A DNA stretch of 64,000 nucleotides from Epithemia pelagica (lineage: Eukaryota; Protista; Bacillariophyta). The notes below the pieces were generated by a model, which saw nothing but the letters and a program-made list of their open reading frames with translations, ran no database searches and had not been told where the DNA came from. The stretch lies in contig OX337232.1 of the NCBI GenBank assembly GCA_946965045.2, forward strand, positions 1,116,001 through 1,180,000, read 5' to 3'. The position numbers and the translations under genes were made by a program. Below, piece after piece: positions 11,177 through 21,798 of the stretch (position 1 is the first letter of the stretch; each line of letters opens with the position of its first letter).

Positions 11177-11590
11177 AGTCCAACAATTGAATTTCGTTCT
11201 CAGTCAAAACTTCACCAACAAAATCAGCCGTTTCCTCGATTCACTGACAGTCTGCAATTAGGGAGGATAACAGGATGATGATATACCGACTTGTATCCCA
11301 TGTGTAGAGCATTTCAGAAGACGAACCATGTGATCTTCGGAGAGAAAAATCCTTTTGCTATCTATGCTAGGAGTATGTATTACTTCTCTATATTAGGAGT
11401 ACTCCTACTCCTAGACAGATTCCATCCTGAATCAACGACAATGAGATGACCTTTTTGCATAAGGTATCCCATGCGTAGAAAGATTGAGTCCCTGTGGATC
11501 CCTCATGATGTAAATGTACATAACGAACGACTGAAGTAGTGTTACTCCATATGTAGCACTGTCTACCGTAGAAGTGTGGTCGACAAATAA
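11177..11590. repeat. Intergenic block, copy 2 (upstream of the metallophosphoesterase)
   Basis: Direct repeat of 9425-9577 + 9849-10065. Confidence 0.9.
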
Positions 11591-11835
11591 AAAGGAGTGT
11601 TTGGTTGAGAGGGTATGCGTTAACTATGCCTACCGCGGTGTTACTTGGAGTATGTTGGTGTAAGTGAAATGAAACGGCGCGGAATCCTACCGCGGGCACT
11701 GTGATTGACGCAAATGTAAACCTCCCATCCTCTGTCTTTTTGTTCAATTTGCAAAGAACAGAGGCTCCAAAGCACGATCGGTGTGCTCGAGAAACATATT
11801 GGGTGTGTATTGTCCTAGGGTTCCCATGAATCCTT

Positions 11836-13988
11836 TTACCAAAAGTAAACTCCTCCAATCACATACACCAAATAGGCAATATAGGTCACAACAAACAAAT
11901 GTCCATGCCACATGTGTAAGACAAAGCCACTTTGCAACAACAACAAGACCAGCAAGAGCAAGACGGCCGCCAAAATCATGACACCTTCGGTAATCCCTTC
12001 GTTCCGCAATTCATTGTAGGGTTGAAAGTCGGTGCCAAAACTCGTATACAAGACCCATGGTAAACCCAATCCAATCATGATATTGAAAGTATTACTTCCC
12101 AAGGCATTCGATACGGCCATGTTTCCAAAGCCATTCCGGGCAGCAACAGCCGAGGCCACGTAGTTGGGCAAAGAGGTTCCGGCGGCCGAGACCGTATAGC
12201 CAATCACGGCATCGGGAATGTCCAGCAATTCCGCCAAGGCTTCCAACGACGCGACCATGGCATAGGAACCCACAATCAGCCAGACCAAACACATAAAACA
12301 AGCCAAACCAGAACTGGTCAATGTAGAATTGGGATTGCCATGCTCGTCCATCGTCCGGACATCCGGAATGGTATAATGAATCAAGGCGCGGAAAGGCAAC
12401 AAGACAAAAAAGAGGACAATGGCCACATTCGAAGCACCAGTTGGGAATTCAATGAGGGATTCGAAATCGTGATCTTCATGCGGTTGTTGAGGTACTGATT
12501 CGTCTGCGGATTTGAGCAGACCATCACCCTCCTCGGTCTCCGATTCCAACTTGGATCGTCGCACTTCCATAATTTCTCCCAGTTTTTCCACCACCTTTTC
12601 AAAAATGATGGACGACGGTGCCATGAGATAGAAATCCCGCTTGGTCGAATCGGGATTAACAATTTTAATGACATGACGACGAGAATCAATGACTATTTCT
12701 GTAAAGAGGGGATATTCCAATTTGTGTTGTTCAAAGTTGGTCCGGTTGGGAACACTGTAAACCTTGCTGTGCATAAAATTGAACCATCGCAAATGCCATC
12801 CGTGCATGGCAAATCGTGCCTTGTTGTAAAAGAAGGAGCGTTGCCATAAGAAACACGACAAAGTCTCCTCGTACTGTATCAAGACAAGCATGACATACAA
12901 CAATGACAACAAGAACGGGTGAGTGAAACGCAAGAGCAGAGCAAATGCCCTAGCAAACAACTCAGGTTTGTCAAATATCCAAGCGGCCGCGACTCAAGAC
13001 GTACCGTATTTTCTTCGACATCCAACAATCCATGATCGTCACTGGGCTTTTCATTGCTCATGAGAAAGCGAAAGGGTCGCAAATTGGCACCATCCGAATA
13101 TTTGCTGACTGCATTGCGAATGCCTTCTTCTAAGAGTGAGCGTCCATTGGTAGAAAGGGTGGAATCGCTTTGTTTGCTGAGAATGGCCGCCGATTGGGTG
13201 GAAGCGGCGGCCGCTTCTTCGGAAAAGCTAAAGTCCGCGTCGGATTGGAACCCAAATTTGGTGCGATGAAATTCGACAGTTTCAAAATTTTGGGCCGGTT
13301 CGGAAATCAAACCCGAGGCTTCTTGCAAAAAGGGCAAATCCTCTCCGACAATAATTTCTCCTTGTTGAATCGATCCATATGTGGTCCGGGTCGATCTTCG
13401 GTCATTGCTGCTGTCCTCCCAGAAACCACACATTGCGACAATGGAATCCATATTGGCACACACAATGACGTAAAAAATATATCCTCCAAAGACCATGACG
13501 GCATTGGGAAAATTAATAAAAATATGATCAATGCCACTTGGATCTTCATCCACGGGTTTGGTATCTTGTAGCGCCAAGTACAGGGCCAAAATGCCAAGTG
13601 CATAAAAAAAGACTTCTCTGGCCAGGACAGCCTTGTTGAGTTCCAATCGACCCGTCTTACTGGAATAGACAGCTCCAGCACAAATGATTAATTGATTAAA
13701 AACTTCAGAACCAAAGACGGTGCCCAATCCCAAACTGGAATGGGTGATAAAGAGAGCGACAATGCTGCTAAACAATTCCGGCGAGGATGCACCGGCCGCC
13801 ATGAGTGTGGCACCCGCAATGTCATCGGGGATTCGAAATTTGTTGGCAATCACATTGAGCGCGGGCACAAACCGTTCTTCCGTGACTGTGGCTTGACACC
13901 AAAAGGATACGGCCGCCACAAAAACCAAGAGCAGCCACATCCACCACGGAGCCGTAGGAACTTCTTCTTCATTGTTTAGCTCCACCAT
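11836..13988 (-). CDS. K+-dependent Na+/Ca2+ exchanger (NCKX/SLC24-like) with a PH-like domain in the central loop; intron about 12880-13000
   Basis: Alpha-1 repeat DIAGATLMAAGASSPELFSS and alpha-2 repeat GYTVSAAGTSLPNYVAS...AVSNALGSNTFNI; multiple TM helices. Confidence 0.9.
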
Positions 13989-14200
13989 GATTCAAAGTCA
14001 CCTCACACACAAGCAGACGAGAACAAGTGTCTTGTTCGGTCTTTATATGGTACAAGAATGAGGATTTTTGAATCTCTACGGCCTCTCCGACCTCAAGATT
14101 CGAGGTCAAAGAGACGTGCGCAAAAAATCAGAAACAACCGTTGTGGAAGCATTTTCCGTCCTTCACTCCTTATCGCTACATAGGTTCCGATCCGAAACCT

Positions 14201-14440
14201 CAATTGAATTTAGAGTTTGGTCTGTTTTCGGGAATCTATGGACGATGAGTAGTAGTGAATGGAGAGACGGAACCAATCTATGCTCCAAGTAAGTGACCAG
14301 TGATCCAGAGTACTCCTAGGAGTAGGAGGTATACTCCTAGGAGGGTAGATCGACACCATAGACTACTCCTATTCCCAACGATGGCGTTTCGAGTTTCGAC
14401 CTGAATCTTTGGATCGCGACAGCCGACCGATGAGGATACT
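14201..14440. repeat. Intergenic block, copy 1 (upstream of NCKX); duplicated at 16366-16575
   Basis: 34-bp identity 14266-14299 = 16426-16459, plus collinear TTTCGACCTG...TCTTTGGATCGCGACAGCCGACCG. Confidence 0.85.
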
Positions 14441-14446
14441 AAGAAC

Positions 14447-14665
14447 GCATCCCCACATGTGCTTGCGGTAACAGGGGACATGAGAGAATGAGGGGCACTT
14501 TAGCATCCAAACTAGCGTTCCTTCCATTACCTGTTCCTGAGCACATTTATATTCTTGAGCCTGCAACGAAACTACTTCTGTTTTGAAAGTATCCATGACG
14601 CTTCATACCCAGGAAGGTCTTCCTGTTGTTGTCAGCATGGAACAGCGCTATCTTCGTTGCCGTAC
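14447..14665. repeat. ~220-bp segment with an inverted diverged copy at about 18020-18270
   Basis: ATCCCCACATGTGCTTGCGG...GGGACATGAGAGAATGA, GAGCACAT.TATATT.TTGAGC and TGTTTTG.AAGTATCCATGAC match the reverse complement. Confidence 0.8.
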
Positions 14666-14880
14666 ATCGAGCAGTACTGACAAAAACGATTGGTAGAATA
14701 ATGCCATGCCACGACCAATGAGACTTACAACCGACTGCTTCGACGAGTAGCGACAAAGACTCGGGCCGAACGATTCACAAGGATGACCTTGGTGGCAGGG
14801 TCACAACATGATTAATTATTTTTTATGGTGAAGTATTTCAATATGTTGGAACTAGTATGTTACCATGGACTGCTCACTTA

Positions 14881-15805
14881 CTAGGACTCGTTCGCTGCTT
14901 CAAATGTAGCACTTTGCTGTATTTCTAGCATTCGACGAATTTCGTGCACGTCAATTGTAAATGGATCAATGGCACCTCGTTCAGTCGACGCAGGTATGCC
15001 CATATCAGCTGCACTGATAGAGATCTGCAGATTCTCTCCTTCCCCATCACCGCCGACGCGGTACAGAGCCGGAGTAACTTCCACGGACTTGGTAGATGTT
15101 AAACCCTGTTACGGGCGACTCTCCACGCTTTCCCTTCCACACTGTTTGAATAAGGTATGCCACATTGGGCCGCCCAAGGGCGGAATATTTGCTAACTCCC
15201 GCATAGTTCATCATATCATCGATTGCGTACTCCTGATAAGCATCTTCATTTGTCCATCGAAACTGAATGATAACATGAGGGTTCATGTCGAGCAGCAGAT
15301 CTTTCTCAGTTTTTGGCGTCCCGAACTCATCATGCAATCGCTCGGGTCCGAAGATGGCGAAATGTGGGTGGCGTTCACCCGAGCCCTTCCGTTTGGGATT
15401 GAAGGATTGGATGACTCGGACGTTGGGTTTCAACATTCTTTCAACAGCACAGCTGAAGTGAGGAGATTGCTGTGCCTTCCATATTTCGAAACGATTACCG
15501 ATGAATGTGACAGCGTCGTTATGCGCGTCACTGGGCATCTCTCGCATGACCGGGTATCCGTCGTCGTTGAGAACAACATGAAGATCACGTAAGCCCTTCT
15601 TTTCCAAGTCTTCCAGCAAAGCGCTTTCCTCGGCATAAAATACTCCCCGTAAACATTCGGGAAGGTCCGCTTGGTTGTCGTCGATGGGAGTATTGGGTCC
15701 AATGTTCGTCTGCATTTTGCTTGCTCCAAGATGAGGCCGATGCGGGGTGCCCTCCTTCTTCTCCTCCCTCTTTCCAATGCACTGTCTCTTCCTTCTTACT
15801 TCCAT
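14881..15805 (-). pseudogene. Uma2-like (PD-(D/E)XK restriction-fold) nuclease gene, frameshifted near 15085
   Basis: EMPSDAHN, PHFAIFG and NPHVIIQF resemble Uma2 motifs (MP..H, PD, P.hhhE) with catalytic positions altered; the C-terminus continues in another frame (VEVTPALYRV...). Confidence 0.6.
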
Positions 15806-16365
15806 AGTCTTCGCTCATACCTTCCAAGTCTTCTCTCGTAAACTTTTGTGGTTGTTCTCCTGAAAATCGTTGTGGTGAAAGTGGGGAAGTACCAATGTAT
15901 GTTAGTGGGGTAGCAGCGTGTCGTGTGTGAGGTTTTGTTCGGCCACCTCCACCACCACAGAAAACAACCAGCAACAGCTCTCGCTCACTCGCTGTCGATC
16001 TTGCTTGCCAATGTGTCCGTTCGTTGCCGTCGCTCTCTCGTGTTTGTTCTATGTACCTTGCGCCAGGAGAGATGACCGGCCGCTAGAAGCAGAGCGAGTT
16101 TATGGGCCCGGAAACGTGAGAGTGACTGCGCAGTGCGTTTTCTCGATTCTCGATCTTTTGTTCTGTCAAAAGACGGAGTATCAGTCTCGGAGCTGCACCG
16201 CATCGTTGCTAGACTATGGATCAACTCAGGTTTTGCCGCAACCAGCCACACCATGGAGCGCGCGAGTCGAGCCACGAAAGTGTTGGATGTTGGATGGTTT
16301 CTCCGTAGACGATCGTAGCGCTCCTTGAACTCCTTGTTGGTTGTTGCCGTTCTCCGGTGACGCCG

Positions 16366-16575
16366 CAATTGAATTAGACTTGTCTGCTTTCTCGGAAATA
16401 TATGATGAGTAGTCGTTAATGGCGTGACGGAACCAATCTATGCTCCAAGTAAGTGACCATTGATGATCCAGTGGGGTAAAAAAGATAGATCGAGCTCTAT
16501 CCCATAGACTATATGTACTCCCAGTGATGACGTTTCGACCTGCGTCTTTGGATCGCGACAGCCGACCGAGGATAC
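16366..16575. repeat. Intergenic block, copy 2 (between the Uma2-like gene and the carrier gene)
   Basis: Direct repeat of 14201-14440, offset about 2160 bp. Confidence 0.85.
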
Positions 16576-16813
16576 AATAGGACTACCGAGAACGAGTTCT
16601 TACGAACACAGCGTGCGACAAAAGAAGCTACCATCCTGGCAGTGATGCATTGTCGTCGCTGAGTGAGAGAAACAGACGAGAGCGTTCCTTGGTTGTTGCT
16701 GTGTTTTTTTGTAGAAAACAATCAGCACCGCGAAAGGTTGACCTTTTCACTGAGTCTCGTTCCATTCGTTTTGGTCTGTGGAGCCGTTCCAGATCTCGTT
16801 GGGCGCGGGAACC

Positions 16814-17914
16814 ATGTCTCCCAACGAGCACACGGCGTTGGGTGATGCCTTGGCGGGAGTTGCAGCCTCATTGGTTTCCTTATGGGCCTTTTATCCGGTC
16901 GATGTCCTCAAAACAAGAGTACAGGCAGCTGGAAGGGCAGTCACCAACGAAACAACAACAAGAGCCCTATGGAAGTTCCCACATGGATCCGAATGGGTTT
17001 CGGGTTTGCCGTGGAAGTCCCTCTATACAGCCTGCAGCAGCTTTTGTTATTTTTATCTCTACAGTTGGATTGTATCCACCTGGAAAAAACAACACAAGAA
17101 TCGTCACCGCGACACCACAACCCCTCCTTCTGTGGCGACACGATTATTGCTGGCGGCTGTGGCAGCCATGATCAATACGTGTCTCACCTTACCCTTGGAT
17201 GTCATTTCCGCTCGACTGCAAACCCAACGATGCAGCAATGAAGGAACCGCCGGTCGTCGTGGGAAGGAGGATCGGAGTAGTAGAAATGGTGACCATCCGA
17301 CCAGTGGAACCATTGACAACCATGACGACGACGACGACGCACCAGAAACGGACTCGAAAACAGAATCAACTCGGAAAAGTCTTTGTACAGGTGATGCAAA
17401 AACGCTTGTTCAGCGATGGAGAGAGATTCAGCATCTATGGAAGGGTTTGGGACCTTCTCTCTTGCTTTGCAGTAATCCAGCGATTCATTATACGGTATTT
17501 GACTCCCTGAAACAACACATGATGAATCAAAACAATTCCGCAACCAGCTCATCGCTGTCCACCTGGCAAGCCTTTGTTTTGGGTTTGGTGGCCAAATTTG
17601 TTGCCACCATTGCAACATATCCTCTCATTCGTGCCAAGGTCATGCTCATGGTAACTTCAGGAGGAGCCTGGTCGTCGTCATTGTCGTCAGAGCAGCAACC
17701 ACACGGACATCAAACAGTCAATATGGTGTCCATTTTGTATCAGGAATACAAGCGCCATGGAGTCCTGGGTCTCTACACCGGATGCAATTTGCAATTGTTG
17801 CACACGTTGTTTAAGAGTGCCTTGCTCATGGCCGTTCGAGAACGCATCAGCCAAACCACCCAGGCATTGGTCAATGGATCCACCGTTACGACCACCCGAT
17901 CCAGTGCAAGATGA
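16814..17914 (+). CDS. SLC25 mitochondrial-carrier-family protein, PMP34/peroxisomal nucleotide carrier-like
   Basis: Three Px[DE]xx[KR] signatures (YPVDVLKTR, LPLDVISAR, YPLIRAK); intronless. Confidence 0.88.
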   Translation: MSPNEHTALGDALAGVAASLVSLWAFYPVDVLKTRVQAAGRAVTNETTTRALWKFPHGSEWVSGLPWKSLYTACSSFCYFYLYSWIVSTWKKQHKNRHRDTTTPPSVATRLLLAAVAAMINTCLTLPLDVISARLQTQRCSNEGTAGRRGKEDRSSRNGDHPTSGTIDNHDDDDDAPETDSKTESTRKSLCTGDAKTLVQRWREIQHLWKGLGPSLLLCSNPAIHYTVFDSLKQHMMNQNNSATSSSLSTWQAFVLGLVAKFVATIATYPLIRAKVMLMVTSGGAWSSSLSSEQQPHGHQTVNMVSILYQEYKRHGVLGLYTGCNLQLLHTLFKSALLMAVRERISQTTQALVNGSTVTTTRSSAR

Positions 17915-18636
17915 CCGTTCGCATCCATGGATTTTGGTGATGGCGATGGTCATGATGAGAATGACTGCACGTATCGTGTTGGTCAGGGTCGAGTTGGTAC
18001 AGTGCCGGCCGTCGTGAACTTGCACGGGACAAGCGTACCACAACGAAGATCCGTATATTGACAACGGCAGGGAATGCTCTGCCAATGAAAATGTCATGGA
18101 TACTTCCAAAACATTTGCATTTGCGTGTTTCGTTGTTTGCTCAACAATATACATGTGCTCCGGAAAACATTCGCAAAGGGCCATCCGGTAAAATGCAGGT
18201 TTGGATTTTGGATGCTGCGGTCTCCGTCATTCTCTCATGTCCCGTGCTGCCGCAAGCACATGTGGGGATGAAGTCCACCATGAGAACACTTTTCGAAAAC
18301 GAAACCCGCCTATGCTTGATAAAACCCCTTGACTCTTATCACGTACATTCAATACTAAAGAACTTTGTCCCTACACATCTACGAATGGCTCCGCTCCATA
18401 TTGTTCCCATCGTGTTGCGACTAGAACAGACCTTTTGGCACCACTTTAACTTGTTATAGACTATCGCCCATTCTTCGTCACAGACTTCCCCCACGCGGGA
18501 ATCAAGCTAGATGATCCCTTCGGCATGACTGAAGAAGCTTTTCGTCGAGGCCATGCGGAACCTGTCCCTAATTGTGTTTGACTCCCGTGTCAGCCTTTGT
18601 ACCGGGACAAGCAGAGTTGTTCAACAATGTGTTTTC

Positions 18637-20955
18637 TTAGGCATTCACAAGGGGAGCATACGTAATGCGTTTAATGCTGGTTTCTCCCAATCGTTCCAAC
18701 CGATTAGCTTCATATTCGGCATAATTACCAGGGAAAAAGAACCACTTGGAATCGCCTTCACAGGCCAAAATGTGTGTGGCAATTCGGTCCAAAAAGTACC
18801 GATCGTGAGAAACCACCATGGCGGAGCCGGCAAATTCCAGCAGGGCGTCTTCCAAGGACCGCAAGACTTCCACGTCCAAATCATTACTGGGTTCATCCAA
18901 AATAATCATATTTCCACCCGCCTTGAGAATTTTGGCCAATTGAATGCGATTGCGTTCTCCACCCGAACAATTGCGGACAAACGATTGTTGTTGATTGCCC
19001 TTAAAGCCAAACCAAGATAAGTACGCGCGGGAGGGAACAGTCATGGTGGGACCCAGTTCGATTTCGTCCATTCCTTCCGAAATTTCTTCAAACACGGTCT
19101 TGTCATTGTTGAGTTCGGCCATGCGTTCTTGTCCCACCGACACCATTTGAACCGTCTCTCCCACCTTGATTTCACCCGCATCGGCTTGTTCATCGCCTTG
19201 CAACATTTTAATCAATGTACTCTTTCCGGCGCCATTTGGTCCAATCACACCGACAATTCCACCAGGTGGTAAGGAGAAGCTAACGTCGTCCAATAATTTG
19301 CGATTTCCAAAGGATTTGGTCACCCCACTGACATCCACCACCACTGATCCCAATCGGGGTCCAGGTGGAATATAGATTTGTCCCGCGTTCCGGAGCTCTT
19401 TGGGTGCCGCCGCAGCCAAGAGTTCTTCGTATCGATTCAGACGAGCCTTACTCTTGTTACCCTTGGCTTTGGGATTGGTACGGATCCATTCCAATTCGGC
19501 CGCGACTGCCTTGGCATTAGCCGTTTGATCCTTCTTTTCTTGAGCCAATCTCTTATTCTTGGCTTCCAGCCAACTAGAGTAGTTTCCTTCGTGGGGAATG
19601 CCTTCTCCGCGATCCAATTCAAGAATCCATTGCGCCACATTTTCCAGAAAGTAGCGATCGTGAGTGATACAAACCACTGTGCCCTTGTACTGTTCCAAGA
19701 ATTGTTCCAGCCATGCAATCCTGTGTGGCGCCAAGCCAAGCAAAACAAAAAGAAAAGAGGGTGCAGTCGAATGGAACCATTTAGAAGGCCCAGATCAAAA
19801 CTATTCACGTCTTCGTTGTCAAATACGTACGATTGCACATCCAAATGGTTGGTTGGTTCGTCGAGAAGAAGCATATCATGATTCGAAAGCAAGAGCCGAC
19901 AAAGAGCTACACGGCGTTTTTCACCACCCGACAAAACTGTATGTTAGATGGAAATAGGGGCGTCCAGCAGTCAAAAGAATCGTAAAAATAACATCCACAA
20001 CAAAAATAAAGAGAATAAAAAGAGACTCATGATGGGTCAGAAACCAGAATTTCGGATTCGTTTCATGTCTTCTTGTCCTCGTCCGACAGATCCAACACAT
20101 ACCAGATATTTTGGCATCCCCCGGTGGTACCCGCAACGAGTCCATGGCTCGGCTTACAATACGATCGAGTTCCCATAAATTGGCCGCTTCGATTTGATTC
20201 GTCAATGCTTCGGTTCGCGTCATGACCGTGTCCATTTCTTGAGGCGACAGGTCCGGATCGGCCAATTTCATACTGAGTTCGGTATATTCATCCAAAATGG
20301 CCTGTGAGGATTGGACCGCCTCATCAATACATTCTTGGACCGTCTCAAACTTGAGTTCTGGTTCCTGTGCCAAGTATCCAATCGAGGCGCCTGGCAAGGG
20401 TCGTGCCGTTCCATCAAACTCGGTATCCAAGCCGGCCATGATTTTCAGCAAGGTACTCTTCCCCGACCCGTTGAGACCGACCACGCCAATTTTGGCGCCT
20501 GGATAAAAGGATAAGTTAATGTTTTTGAGAATCGTCTTGGATTTGTCAGGCAATATCTTGGTCAAGCCCACCAAGGTAAACATGAATTGTCGTGTGGCGG
20601 CATCAAATCGTGCCTCCTGGACCGATTGCTTTTCTTGGGCCGGTTGTTGGGACCCGCGAGGTTTGCCGCCACCACCGCCGCCGGCTCCTTTGCGTTTGGC
20701 CTTTTTGCCAAACAACAAGACTGTCGCTCGTTGGACTGGTCTCGTTCCACTACATGTGGTTGTTGTTGGAGCAGAACTCCATGGCATTCGTGTGGTCTGT
20801 CCCTCCACATTTTGACTTGTTGTAATGCTGGGTCGATGACCCGGTGCAAACCCAGTAGCAATGTGACTGTTCCAACAAACGAGCAGCAACAACACACTGA
20901 CCGTCCACCCGGAAGGACGTCCACGACATGTAACAGAACACGATAATGGCATCAT
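18637..20955 (-). CDS. ettA: Plastid-targeted ABC-F ATPase, EttA/ChvD-like; 2 introns
   Basis: Leader ...ATGFAP; QFMFT...[55 protein letters not shown] and SGGERNR closely match bacterial EttA. Confidence 0.92.
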
Positions 20956-21798
20956 GACGTTGTGTTCGTGGAGACAGAGAAGCTCAAGCAAATCAATGAC
21001 ACTGGTTCTGTTCAGCTGTTTGGTTACGAGTTGGAGTGTCTTGATCGGACTGTGTTGTCTTGTCGTGTTGTTGCCCACGACGGCACAACAAGTAAATGGG
21101 TTGCGATTGTGATGGATGGTTCTCGGCTCTTGATAGATCCTTCGAAAGAGGTGTCACGCATCACGCACCAATTTTTAGATTTTGGATTTTGGGGTGCACA
21201 TCGGTGCTGCTGTGGGGTGACGGACGGACAATAATGGATCATCTCGAGATTTGAGATTTGAATTTTGAATCGTGTTCACCGGAAAACGCCAAAAACCATT
21301 AGCCCTAATTATTTAGATTCAAGGTTCATTTGTCTCTATGTTGGATTTCATGCCAGTTTGCAAAGAACCACACCATCTCAGGACCAGCGTTTATACGGCA
21401 TCGAGGATCCTAAAAACTTTATAAAGATGACAGAAACGGAGGCGACGCGTGACTCATTGGATCATTTCGACCTTGAAGAAGGTAACAAATAGACACATGA
21501 TTACGGGAGGGCATGACTCTGCTCGTGAGTTCTTTTGCTGGAAACTCACTGAGGCGACTTTCGGCAACAGTGCTGAAGACCTGGTGGCGGGCGACCGGGC
21601 TCTAAGAACATGTAAGAGACTGTGACAGCCTGTCTTGTTTTCTTTCAATGCCCACTTTGGTACAATGAAGAATAGTTTTTCATTTCAAAATAGAGCCATG
21701 TCGGGCAGTCCATCCTTCTGCGATAACTGTGTTGCACACATTTCAATCACTTGAGTCCTGAATACAATATTCGTTTGGCTCAACTCGTTGCATTCCAC

